Of a DNA stretch of 64,000 nucleotides, positions 43,639-56,544 are shown piece after piece. Every line of letters begins with the position of its first letter. Within the stretch, counting starts at the first letter, position 1. The position numbers and the translations under genes were made by a program. This DNA comes from Octopus vulgaris (lineage: Eukaryota). The DNA is taken from contig OX597838.1 in the NCBI GenBank assembly GCA_951406725.2, positions 42,284,001 to 42,348,000 of the forward strand, given 5' to 3'. Below the pieces are notes generated by a model. That model worked only from the letters and a program-made list of their open reading frames with translations. It was not told the DNA's origin and searched no databases.

Positions 43639-43968
43639 ACTTCCCTGAAAGGCCGAAATTCTCTCCACGAAATGGTGAAGATGTGTGAGGCTTACAATGT
43701 AAGGGCAATAACTCTGCCATGTCCTATCAGGGAAAACCCTGGAAGATGATTGCCGTTAGGTTTATGGACGGAGATGATGCTGTATAAAATCTTGTTGTTA
43801 AGAGCCTCCCTACAGCAACAAGTAACAGTGCTCTGTGAAAGGCCCACATCGCATCAGAACCTGGAGCAATGTTGCCACCGCAGTATGAAAAGCCTCTTCT
43901 CAGCCCCCGTTAAACACCCAATGCCAAGTCCTCCGAATCTGCGCAACCCCGAACTGTTTGGGATGTGA

Positions 43969-44353
43969 CTCTTTATACACATATCCTTTTGCTTATTGAA
44001 TTAAAAAAATTTTTGTCTTTCTTTTGTGTTAAAAATATTAACTTAAAGATTATTAAAAAATCATGTTTCAAACACCAGCTTAATAACTTCAAAGTTATCT
44101 TAGTAAATTCTTCAATATTTTGAAAATTAATTGAAACAAAAGCAGTTTATATTAACGGAAAAATTAACGTAATAAAGAGATTTGTTTCAATTAATTTTCA
44201 AAATATTGAAGAATTTACTAAAATAACTTTGAAGTTATTAAGCTGGTGTTTGAAACATGATTTTTTAATAATCTTTAAGTTAATATTTTTAACACAAAAG
44301 AAAGATAAAAAAATTTTTTAATTCAATAAGCAAAAGGATATGTGTATAAAGAG
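43969..44353. repeat. Long inverted repeat (about 172-bp arms, 40-nt spacer)
   Basis: 43969-44140 versus 44181-44353, very few mismatches; arms resemble the dispersed AT-rich repeat at about 920-1200. Confidence 0.93.
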
Positions 44354-45060
44354 ATAAATAGATATGAATGTCTTCCTGGGGCTAAAAACAACAGTAACAC
44401 CGTCCTCTAGAGGACCGCCACATTTAGTTGACAAATATATTTTGTGATTAAACGGACGGGGATAAACAGACACACAAATAAATAAATGGATGGAAAAGTT
44501 CAAAATTTTAAATTGGGGGGAAGGGGTGAAATTTGAGCCCCTTATTAAACTTTATAACATTAATGATTCAACTTTGTTTCTCATAAAGTGGTATTTATTT
44601 AATTTACATTTAATTATTATTCTCGATTATTTAAGGCAAACACAAGTAGAAGACAAATTCTTTTGACTTTAATGTTTTTGTCTGGAATTTATTCCGATTT
44701 GCATATGTTCGTCAATTTGCTACGATCTCTTTAAACAAAATCAAAAATTTAAATGGAGGGGGGGAATTATTATTTTTTTTTTTGCATATTTGTAATCTCC
44801 GACACCTAAAACGTAGGAATCCGAAAAAAAAAATTTTATGCATTTTTTAAGAAGTGCGAAACAGCATTCCCCCCCCCCTCCAGTTGCGTACTGGGGTCGA
44901 TCTAATCTAATCGGGCCTTGTGCCTTGAGTAGAAAAAAATATTGAAATTTTCGCGGTAAATTTTAATGTAGATCACTTTTAAACAGAAAGTTTGTACCCA
45001 TGAACCAGGAACAGTTTCAGGCAGTTTGGTAGCAAAGGGATTGAAAACTGGGCCCTAATT

Positions 45061-45392
45061 AAATACAGAGGTCCCGATATGGAGGGGAGGTAATCTAGTT
45101 TTACCAAAACTACTGTTACTGATGTAAGGGGCCCCACAATATCGTCTGTTTTTAATCTGATGCTTTTACAGTGCACACTCGTATGGGTTAGTTAAGATGG
45201 CGAAAGTAAAGAATACGCACACCCGGCATTTAGGGTTAGGGTTACGTAGAAAACAGATGGTGTACGTATTCTTTACCTCTGCCGGTTAGGAGTTTTTAGT
45301 TTCGACTTACACTAGGGCCGCTTAAGCAAAGTCACAGATTAGATTACCTCCCCTTTATATCGTTAACGTAAATTCGGCGGGAACTCTGTATT
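45061..45392. mobile_element. MITE-like element with a nested inner inverted repeat around TTAGGG repeats
   Basis: Outer aaatacagag..cccg / cggga.ctctgtattt and ggggaggtaatcta / tagattacctcccc; inner gtaaagaatacg / cgtattctttac. Confidence 0.55.
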
Positions 45393-45651
45393 TGAGTAGT
45401 AGCAAAAATAGTTCCTTAGATTATAAATGGATAAACTAATTTGCCTCTTAAATAGTTTTATCCTCGTTGCTATTATCATGTAATGTTTACTTTTTTCCCG
45501 CTGGTATGGGTCAGACAGAGTTTAACGGGGGAAAGTTTCTGTGATTGGTTATCCTTGTTCCTTCTGTTTTCAAGCAAGGACAAACATTCACCGAATATCA
45601 GGAGGGAATGACATTTGTCAAGACAAGGTGACACATACAAATATATATATA

Positions 45652-46906
45652 TATCATCATCATCATCGTTTAACGTCCGTTTTTCCATGCTAGCATGGGT
45701 TGGACGGTTCAACTGGGGTCTGGGAAGCCAGAAGGCTGCGCCAGGCCCAGTCTGATCTGGCAGTGTTTCTACAGCCGGATGCCCTTCCTAACGCCAACCA
45801 CTCCGAGAGTGTAGTGGGTGCTTTTTATGTGCCACCTGCACAGGTGACAGACGAGGCTGGCAAACGGCCACAATCGGATGGTGCTTTTTACATGCCACCG
45901 GCACGGAGGCCAGTCAGGGCAGTGCTGGCAACGGCCACGTTCGGATGGTTCTCTTACGTGCCACCGGCACTGGTATCTCAGCTACAATTTCCATTGATGT
46001 TGAAAGATTTCGATTTTCACTTGCCTCATCAGGTCTTCACAAGTAGGGTTTGTGTCACAAGAAGGAAAGGTATGCATAAGTGGGCTGGCTACGTCCCAGG
46101 TAGAGGCCACGGGTTATGGTCTCACTTGTCCTGCCGGGTCTTCCCACGCACAGCATACTTCCAAAGGTCTCAGTCTCTGGTCATTTCTTCGGCGAGACTT
46201 AAAGTTCGAAGGTCATTCTTCACCACCTCATCCCAGGTTTTCCTGGGTCTACCTCTTCCACAGGTTCCCTCAACCACCAGGGTGTGGTACTTTTTCACAC
46301 AACTATCTTCATCCATTCTCGCCACATGACCATACCAGTGCAAACATCTCTCTTGCACACCACAACTGATGCTTCTTAGGTCCAACTTTTCTCTCGAGGT
46401 ACTTACACTCTGTCGAATATGAACACTGACATTACACATCCATCGGAGCATATTGGCTTCATTTCTTGCGAGCTTACGCATATCCTCAGCAGTCAAGACC
46501 CAAGTTTCACTGCCATGTAGCATGGCTGTTCGTACACATGCGTCATACAATCTGCCTTTTATTCTGAGCGAGAGGCCTTTTGTCACCAGCAGAGGTAAGA
46601 GCTCTCTGAACTTTGCCCAGGCTATTCTTACTCAAGCAGATACACTTTCAGCACACACAGCCTTCCTTTGACATTGCTGCATCTCTTATGTGTCCATAGC
46701 TTACACTGGGTGCATCTTATAGAGTTTCTACCTACGCCTTTTCTACAGATCGAGCAGGGCCATCTACCTGAAGGCATTTGTGATTTGCCTGCCTTCCTAC
46801 ATATTAGGACTTTGGTTTTAGCTAGGTTGATTTTAAGGCCCTTCGATTCTAATCCTTGTCTCCACACTTGAAACTTTGCCTCTAGTTCTGATAGTGACTC
46901 AGCAAT
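45652..46906 (-). mobile_element. 5'-truncated, internally deleted RTE-clade LINE
   Basis: ORF pieces AESLSELEAKFQVWRQGLESKGLKINLAKTKVL and LRIKGRLYDACVRTAMLHGSETW...WYGHVARM...GRGRPRKTW; 3' UTR and (GAT)n tail. Confidence 0.92.
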
Positions 46907-46917
46907 TATATATATAT

Positions 46918-47204
46918 AAACAATTGCAGTGTGGAAGGTGTTTATAAGCAATTTAAGAAATACACAAAAACCGTTAGATTCACTTCAACATTTAAATTTA
47001 ATTTGTCAAAATATTTTAGCGCTTTCAGACTGTGACCTCTTCACTGACAAAATGAGATGCAGCACGAAGTTCTGTCAGTGAAGAGGTCGCGGTCTGAAAG
47101 CGCCGAAAATATTTTGACAAATTAAATTTAAATGTTGAAGTGAATCTAACGGTTTTTGTGTATTTCTTAAATTGCTTATAAACACCTTCCACACTGCAAT
47201 TGTT

Positions 47205-47205
<1 letters not shown>
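46918..47205. mobile_element. (TA)n-flanked inverted repeat (about 130-bp arms), probably an inverted Penelope-like LTR pair or a MITE
   Basis: Arms 46918-47049 and 47073-47205 are reverse complements; hammerhead-like motif in the arms. Confidence 0.75.
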
Positions 47206-47235
<30 letters not shown>

Positions 47236-50200
47236 GCACATTCTAGCCCAAGGGCACAAGCCCCCAAATAGTAATTCTTTACTCTTTGGGGTTAGGGTTT
47301 CTCCATCATGGTTTCTGCCCCTTTAGACAGTGTGAGTAATACGCCCCATAGTCCAACCCCTGCAACCCAAACCAGCAGACTTAATTTAATTTAACACTGA
47401 CTAACCTTGTTAGTAAATATGCTTCATTTCTGATCCATCTGAGACAAGTAAGCAAAGCATTCGATACTCCAACTCTTACTCTTTGCTATGTCCTTCCACA
47501 TCCCTCACACAATCAAAGTGATATTCTGTAGCTGTACATGTAAACAGTATGGTCTGAAAAACTACTCACTTCAAACTGCACACGTATTTCACCACAAAAA
47601 TTCTTCTAAGCCCACATCTTAAAATATCTTTTCATCTTTGTCATCATCATTTCCCTCGATCTCCACCTGCACACCAACATGAGATGGTTGCCAGCATAGT
47701 ATTCAATGTTTGAAGAGAGCATTAAAGGAAATTATGCCAAGACTTGTCCAGATTGCTAACCTCTGTTTCTCTTTCCATTCATCATGCCTTCCAAATAGAT
47801 CTTGTTGGTGTCACAAATCATTCGTTTAGTATGGCCAAGCAATTTGAGTAATTATTTTTGATGACAGAGGCGATTGGTGATAACTGGGTTGTCTTTGAGC
47901 TTCCAGTCTGACCTGGTCTGAGAGTTTGGTGTTCGTAATAAGTTGCATCACATGATTCTCAGAGACTTCCAGTTTCTGTAGTGCAACAAGAATCCAGCTG
48001 ACACATTCCAGCCCACATAAAACTACTGGAAGAACATAGGAACAAGGTATTTAACAAGAATCAAAAATGATTTGAAAGCCTCCATTCTCCAACACTCAAG
48101 CTACTTACCAGCCTGGCAGAAAAACCATAGAACAAATTTTTGCTTTTGAACAAATAACCAAGAAATCCATAGAATTCAACTGATTTGACCAAAGCATTTG
48201 GTAATGTAAAGCTTTCTTGTCTCTAGAAATTTCTTGAAAGTATGAGAATCAACATCATACATAAACCTACTAAAACTCTCAATAATTCAAAGGTCTTCAT
48301 CAAGACAGATATTGGCCCCTCCAGATTTCTAAATATCTTAAAAGGAGTGAAGCACTATCTTTTACTTTCCAAACACCAAAATGTAAGAACTTCACCACTC
48401 ACTTAGAACCAATGTAGTTTGTGTCTTGATTTTGTCATTTCCATTCCTCCTCAAACAACTCCTGCCAACTCCTGTCCTCAGCAAATTCCTCAATATGTCT
48501 CTCTACAGAAATCTACGGAAACCTGTTGTAGTGCCTTATCCCCACTTAACAATGGTAACCGACCCCACCTCAGACATCAGCTAATCACTTTCACTTCCAA
48601 CACATCAAAGCCGATCTTGGCCATTAATAACCACTTAATTATTACTTCTAATGATTCTAAGCTACTAAATACCTTTATTCTTCAAACTTCAGACATTACA
48701 AAGACCCCCCTCCCAACCCTGCATCTCGTCAAGTTTGCATAGGTTCTTGGGGAACCTTGGAAACCTCACAGCTGACTCCCCAACAACACTAATTCATAAT
48801 CCTTTCCATCAACAGGAAATATTGCCCTCATAACTTCCTTATTAAAACAACACAAAGTAATCTACAAAACAAGACCCACCACATCTCTTTGTATTTACTT
48901 TTCAGATGCAGGGAAACACAAGAGTTGGAAATTCTCATTCCTTATGAAATTAACTTGTTAAATTAGAGATAAGTGTGATAAGAAGCTCACTTCCCAAACA
49001 CATGGTTCTGGGTTCAGTCTCACTGTGTGGTGCCTTGGGCAAGTATCTTCTAACATAACCTCAGGCTGATCAAAACCTTACAAATGGAATTGGTAGACAG
49101 AAACTGAAAGAAGCCCGTAGTATATTTATACATATTTATATATATGCAAATTTTAGGTTAGTTAAAATGCTTGTGATGTATTTCAACTTCTAAAGCCAAA
49201 TTCACAGCAATTACTGTGGAGGAAAATTCTCTTATGGGAAAAAGGTGTAAAAATACTATATCCGCCCAGTGTCGCCACCTGTTGGACTCCCAGACATCAA
49301 TGTTTCTAGCTCTTTATCCATTATCAATGGGAAATACCTAAGAGAGACAACTCTGGACAGACATTATCAAAGCTGTAGCTTTATCTAAAACAGTCAACAA
49401 CATTGACTGATTTGTACCAGTAAACTATTGAGATTGTGAAAATTACCATAATATCAATGCTAAGCATTGTTTAGGCATAAGCAAAGTTGAGGTCAGTTAA
49501 ACTATGTTTGTGACATATTTCAGCTGCTAAAAGTCAAAGTCACTGCAGAGAATAATTCTCTCTTATGGTAAAGGAGTAAAAACACCATATCAACCCAGTG
49601 TCACCATCTGTCAGGATTCCCAGGCATCAATGTTGCACCTTTTTTACCATAAGAGAGAATTTTTCTCCACCATAACTGCAGTGAATTTGCCTTTTAGCAG
49701 TTGAAGTACTTTACAAACTAATATTTAACTAACCTTCCACCCAAGCCAGCATGGAAGACAAACATTAAACAATGATGACAAACTTTGCTTAGGCCTAAAC
49801 ACATGGCTGTGTGGTGAGAAGTTTGCTTCCCAGCCATACGGTTCTGGGTTCAGTCCCACTGCATGGCACCTTGGGCAAGTGTCTACTACTATAGCCTTTG
49901 ACTGGCCAAGGTCTTGTGAGTGGATTTGGTAGACGGAAACTGAAAGAATCCCATTGTATGTAAATGTATACATTGTACTAAACCGTTAATTCCTACACAT
50001 TGTTTTTCTCTCTTAATCCTTTCTATCAAAGAGCGTAGGCTCGAAACATCAAAGACTTCCATTCTTCTCAAGCCTCAGACTAATACACCTGCTTGTTGTT
50101 TCCTCACCTGTCTTCATCTTTTGGTTTCTGTAAATTTGAACAATATATATATCATGATCATTGTTCAACGTCCATTGTCCAGGCTGGCATGGTTTGGATG

Positions 50201-50306
50201 GTGTGACCAGAGCTGGCAAGAGAGGAGAAGCTGCACCAGACTCCAGTCTGATTTGGCAGGGTTTTTACAGTTGGATGCCTTTCATAACGCCAATATATAT
50301 AATGTG

Positions 50307-50364
<58 letters not shown>

Positions 50365-50556
50365 AGCAGAGTTAGCGACTATAGTAACCGCTGAAAGGAT
50401 AAAATACCCATATTTACTATCAGTGTTAGTTACCTGTGTTATCTCTGGGCATGGGTATACAAGCACACTATGCTCCTATGGTACAGGTAACAAGAGAATA
50501 AACAAAAGTTTGTCAGGAATCAAATTTAAATAATCAGGAAATGGAAAAAACCTAAA

Positions 50557-50733
50557 AAGCACATAAAAAGCACCCACTACACTCACGGAGTGGTTGGCGT
50601 TAGGAAGGGCATCCAGCCGTAGAAACACTGCCAGATCAGACTGGGCCTGATGCAGCCTTCTGGCTTCACAGACCCCAGTTGAACCGTCCAACCCATGCTA
50701 GCATGGAAAGCGGACGCTAAATGATGATGATGA
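50557..50733 (+). mobile_element. RTE LINE 3' end fragment
   Basis: Reverse complement of the 3157/45652 sequence, ending in (GAT)n. Confidence 0.8.
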
Positions 50734-51620
50734 TACTGGTACTACGAAGTGGTGTATTGCATTGCATATTTTAGCCACAATACCTGGGAAAAACAAAGAC
50801 CCCCCACCCCCAAAGGTATTGTTTGTGTTTTAATATACCAAGGTAAGTATCTTTAAGATGTTAGTAAGATAATAGCCCATTATCATTATGATGATAACGA
50901 GGAATATTAGAAAATGAGCCATAGCATCTTGAAAAACGATACAGGGACCACATCAAAGTTTTTGATTGAGCGTGTGTGCTTACAATGGTGTGTTACTAAA
51001 CTCTCTGGTCCGACTTTGGGCTGGTGTATGGTGTGTCAATTGTGTCAAGGTATTTTTTTCAGATCTTATTGTAAGCCTCACTGGTACTTCCTCCTAACTT
51101 TTTCAGATTCTAGATGTCGAAATAAAGAAAATTATATACTAACCTCAAAAATGGCCAGGCGGCACTTACTACACTCTGTTACTAAATGCCTCATATATAT
51201 ACACACACATACACATGTACTTATATATATATATATATATGACAGGCTTCTTTCAGTTTCCATCTACCAAATTCACTAACAAGGCTTTGGTCAGCCTCAG
51301 ACTATAGTAGAAGACATTTGCCCAAGGTGCCATGCATTGGGACCGAACCCAGAACCATGTGGTTGCGAAGCATTCTTCTTAACCATGCAGCCAGCTTTGT
51401 GCATGTGTATTGCACACTGACGCACATCGGAAGAGAAATGTTCCAAAACCATAACAAACAGATGCAGTGAGCCACATTTCTGTTATCCTTTCTTGCCAGC
51501 TTCAATGCTCTCTTCTTCATCTTCTCCATCCTCTCTCTCTCTCTCTTACCATCAGCGTAGAGCAGCAAGGAGCGCGGGAAGAGGAGAGGGAGGGAGGGGG
51601 GGACTAAAGACGGCAGCAGC

Positions 51621-51709
51621 AGACGTCAGAAGCAATTCTGTTTTATTTGTGCTGGCTTTCAGGAATAAGTGCTTTGACGTCATCAGCCATTCATTAAGCA
51701 TTGACGTCA
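51621..51709. promoter_or_regulatory. Cluster of CRE (CREB/ATF) motifs
   Basis: Perfect TGACGTCA at 51675-51682 and 51702-51709; one-mismatch AGACGTCA at 51621-51628. Confidence 0.55.
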
Positions 51710-51964
51710 CCAACGATGTGTGCCTTGCAGTTAATTGGATCTGCAGCAGCAGCAGCACAGGCAGCAGCCTTCCTTATTGTTGTTGTGAGGCCTGGTGGTG
51801 GTGGTGGTGGTGGTGGTGGTGCAGGTTTAACTGCTGAAACAGCAGCAGCAGCAACACTAACTGCTGTTGTTGGTGTTATTATTGATGATGCAAACTGCTA
51901 TTAGCTCTACTACTACTACTAATAATGATAATAATAATATTGCTGCTTCTGCTGGGTTTACAGT

Positions 51965-52001
51965 GCTCTGACAAACAGACTTTCTTCACCCATATTTTAT
52001 A
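51965..52001 (-). promoter_or_regulatory. Candidate Pol II core promoter (TATA plus Inr-like)
   Basis: Minus-strand TATAAAA at 52001-51995; TCAG with the A at 51969, 32 nt downstream of the first T. Confidence 0.4.
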
Positions 52002-55000
52002 CACTGTTCTTCCCTTCACTCAGTTTTTCTGGTTCAGTAACAATTAATAAACAGAGAGAGAGAGAGAAAGATAAAGAGAGCAATAGATAGGTAGAAAGAG
52101 AGACAGAGAGTGAGAAAGGAAGAGGGAAAGAGAGATAGAAGTGGAAAGAGGGAGAGAGAGAGAGAGAGGTAGAAATAGAAAGCGTGGGGGGGGAGTGAAT
52201 GAAAGAGAGAATGTGTAGAAGATAAAACCAAAGCTTCATTCCATCCAAATGGAATTTTAATTAAAATGGTAGAAAATAACACCAAACCTGACCAGAGGTC
52301 ATTCAGGTTTTTTCTGCCCACTTTCTCATTTTAACTCTCTGTTCTCCCTATTTTGTTGTTACTATTTCTTTTTGGTAAATAACCTAGGATTATTATTATT
52401 GCTAAGACTGCGAGCTGGCATGCTTTGCAGCATTTCTTCCATCTTTACGTTCTGAGTTCAAATTCTACCAAGGTTAACTTTACATTTTGTTCTTTCAGGG
52501 TCTACTACAAAATGGGCACCAATTGAGCACTGGGGGGTCAATGTAATCAACTGGTCCCTTCCTACAAAATTTCAGGCCTTGTGTCTATAGCAGAAAGCAT
52601 TGTTATTATTCTGGGGTCAATAAATTCCAAGTGCCAGGGTCTTCCCTAATCCCTGCTCCTCAGAATTTATGGCCTTGGGCCTACATTAGAATCTATTATT
52701 GTTGTTGTTGTTATGAATTTTGAGCATTTTCTGAGGGTGGTAATATTTCTTTTGGTTATCATTAACTTGTTTCAGTCATTTAACTGTGGCCATGCTGGGG
52801 CGAGTTCAAATACTGCCAAGGTAAATTTTTGACTCTCATTCTTTTAGGACAGTTAAAAGAAAATATTAGTCAAGTTCTGGGGTCAATGAAATCATCTAAA
52901 CACTTTCCACCTAGATTGCTGGCCTTGTCCCAAAATTTGAACAGTTTCATGCTCATAGAATCAGTAGAGCTTCACAAAAAGTGCTTTGTGATATTTGTTC
53001 TGACTCTACATTCTGAGTTCAAATCTTACCAGGGCCAACTTTGCTTTCATCTCTCTGGGGTTGATAAAATAAAAATATCAGTCAAGAACTGGGGCTGAGG
53101 ACATCATCTGAGCCCCTCCTTCTAAAAGTGTTGGACTTGTACCAAAATTCAAAACAAACATTATTGTTAATCATTGTTCATGGATATGAAATAGTGTTTG
53201 TGTCTATACAGGCATCCCTTACGGTAGCCTCAGGTTTACGGAATTATGGAATTTCATGCTTCCCGGAAATCATAAAGAAAAGCCAGTAATTTGGGGATAC
53301 AGTCTGTTAACTTCTTTCTTACAGAAACTTGTATTGTTTATGAGGTCATAAACACAGCAACACCAGTTGACAAGTAGTGGTGGTAGGGGGAGGCAAACAC
53401 ACAATATGAACAGGATGATGAGCTTCTTTCAGTTTCCCTCTACCAAACCCACTCACAAGGCTTTGGTTGGTCTAAAGGTATAGTTGAAGACACTTTCTCA
53501 AGGTACCATGCAGTGGGATTGAACCTGGAACCACGTGGTTGGAAAGCCAGCTTCTTACCATTAATTAACAATTAAAAGAGCAACGGTATTGCAGTCAGTT
53601 GTGTTACCAAATCAATTGGTCCCTTTCGTGCTCTCAAAGTTGTACAAAGTGATCTCTTACTTGAGGAACAGAATAGGATGAGTGTCAGGAAGAGCATCCA
53701 GCTGTAAAACAATACCTCAAATGCCATATTTGTCCCACCTGTTTAAGCATGGGAAAACAGGCACACAACCCGACATGCGAAAGTTTCTCCAGGAGTTAGT
53801 AATTGAAGGGTTTTTGGTTAATCTTTGCTAATCAGGCAAATGGCCTTCTTTTGTTTTAGATCGCCCTCTTCCTGCTTAACCATGTATCTCCTCTGCAGCA
53901 AGACACCCGTTTCTGGCCTCAATCTTGATCACTGTCTCTGACCAGGTAACCTTATACTTCCTCCAGCAAGATACCGGTTTCTGTCTCTCTGCCTCACTCT
54001 AATCTTTCATCGTCCGACAAGATCACCTCCCCCAATGCCCCCTCCCCTCTCAAAGGACCTTTGTCTTGCAAGTTACTTGGGGATCCTTCCAGTGCTGGTG
54101 CCATGTAAAAAATAGCATCTAGTCCACACTTTAAAGTGGTTGGTGTTGGGCATCCAGCCGTTAAACCATGCCAAAACTGACCTTGCCTGTGTTGGTGCCA
54201 GGTAAAAACCACTCAATCCACTCTGTGGGGTCGCTGGTGTTAGCAAGGGCATCCAGCAATAAAAAAAAAAAAAACCCAGCCAAAACAGACACTGAAGCCT
54301 GGTGCAGTCCTCTGCCCAGCCAGCTCCTGTCAAAATGTCCAACCCATGCCAGCATGGAAAACGGATGATGATGCACTGAACCACACTTACAACAGCAGGG
54401 TCACATCTGTACAAGATAACAACAGAGAAACGCAGCAATGAAAGAACCTTGCACAGGGTTTCCTCTTTTTGTGAATGCTTGCAAGGAATAGATTATTTTG
54501 ATGGCTTGAAATGGCAAACTTGTTCCTCCTCAACACAAAACCTAGAATGGTGACATCTGTGTAGACTTACCCATCAAGAAATACCAGCTAAACAGTTTCA
54601 AATCCTGACAACTTTTAACCCTTTAGCATTCAAACTGGCCACGTCCAGCCCAGATATTCCATCTGCTTTATGTTCAAGCCAGCCAGATCTGACCTTTCAC
54701 ACCTACCCTACAATGTCATTCTACAAACAAACAATCACATCATCAAAAGTTCAAGGCCACAAGATAATCCAGGATTAATTCTAAACTGTGAATGGATAAG
54801 CTTTAGCTTTGACAAAGTAATTTGGATACCAAACGGTGAAAGCATTTCACCTCAGGATTATCCTTTTGACCAAAGTAAACTTCATTGATGCGCTTCGCTT
54901 CTAAACAACTGGATTATATTCACCTCTTCATATTGACACGGAAATATATCTCCTAGGCAATCCACCACTGTAGAAACATCAAGAATGTTTCTTTCAATAT

Positions 55001-55124
55001 TTCATGCAATTTTAAAATAACATTTCCTCTTCAGCTGCAGCACGACCGCAACAAATGGTGTATTATACTATATATATATATATATATATGTTTGTATGTA
55101 TGTATATATATATATATATATATA

Positions 55125-56341
55125 ATGGTGTGTTAAGATATTTGATGACAGATTTGTGTTTATAAAAAAACAGATAATTTTATTTATCAAAAAATGTTAT
55201 GAGGATGAAAATAAACCTTCTTTTCTATAAGGTTATTCAATAAAGCCACCCTCAGCTTCAACAACTGCTTCTATATGAGATCTAAATCATCTACATGCTC
55301 GAATCAAGTGGTCCTGGTTCATTTTGGACATTACTCTTACTATGGCAGCTTTCAAAGGATCTTTGGTATTATGGGCGTGTTTATTGACCTCTCTCTCTCT
55401 CTCAATAACGTTCTACATGTAATAGCCTAATGGATTGAGACCTGGGGAATTAGGAGACCCAATGTTAGGGGTTGGGTGATCATGAAAATTTTCAGCCATC
55501 CCTTTCTGTGTTACTAGAGCCATGTGTGATAGTGCAGAGTCTTACTGAAACACACATGGCCTTCCATTGCATACACTGTCTATCCAGGGCTTAACAATAT
55601 TTCCAAGACCTCAATGTAGGCGGCAGAGTTAACTCTAAGGCCTTGTTGAAAAAAGTAGGGAGGCATCACATGTCCTTCATTGCTGACAACCCCCATAACC
55701 ATGACAGCTGCAGGAAATTTTGTATGCCTAACACTTGGAACTTCAGAAGGGTCTGCACATAATCATTTCTTGTGTTAACTTTTTGATCTTGGTCAAAGCT
55801 TTTCTCGTTTGAGAAAAACCAAATATCTTTTCCAGTTTAAGAACCCTTTAGATCTGACGTAGTGATTTTCTTTTGCTTTTTGTAAAATAAATTGACCTTC
55901 CCTCATCCTATAAGACTTATATCTGATGCCTTCGTGGACAACATTTCTGACTGTTCCTTCTGACATATGGAGATCATTTGCAATTGATCTCACAGACTTT
56001 CTGGGCTTGTAATCAATTGTCTATTGAACTTGCTGGATAAATTCAAGGGTTCTGATGATTTCAGAGCATTTAGAATACTTTTCATGCGCTAATACTGGGG
56101 ACACGTTCCCATTTTCAGTCTCTAACTCCTTACAAACTTTGCAGACGAAAATCTAGCAACTTTTAAAAATCGAGATATTTCTAAATCGCTATGCTTAGCC
56201 TTTATAACCACAATAACAGTATTTCTTGAGTAAGCTGAGGTTCTGCCATTATTATTTTGTGAAACAAAGATTATAAAGAGTTAGCAAAAAAAATGCAGCA
56301 ATGACCCAAAAAAGGTGTTCTCAAATACCTTACACACCGTG
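55125..56341 (-). mobile_element. Near full-length decayed Tc1/mariner (DD37D/maT-like) transposon
   Basis: HTH-like MRSIANDLHMSEGTVRNVVHE; VFQ*DSA.SH, SPNSPGLNPLGYY and AVVEAEGGFIE remnants; degenerate TIRs ggtgtg.taag.tatttga at both ends, in TA context. Confidence 0.85.
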
Positions 56342-56544
56342 TATATATATAGATTCTTTTGTGTTTTAGTCTAAAGGCTGTGGCCATACTGGGGCATCAC
56401 CTTTTCAAAAGGCCATTCTTATGCAGTTAGTTTTTGGTGAAAGAAGTTCGACATTGCTGCCCTGTTTTAAGTTTCTTGCTGTGAAGTATTTTCATTTGGG
56501 TCCTCGGACAGCAGGGGGGACTAGTTGTTTCTTGAAAACATCTC

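Noticed and set aside
45229-45244. TTAGGG telomeric repeats
   Set aside because: Only about 2.5 units inside a MITE-like element; not an interstitial telomere
47700-48900. Possible old LINE remnant (similarly 14060-14510, and a mariner-like piece at 40505-40950)
   Set aside because: Too decayed to assign family or boundaries by eye
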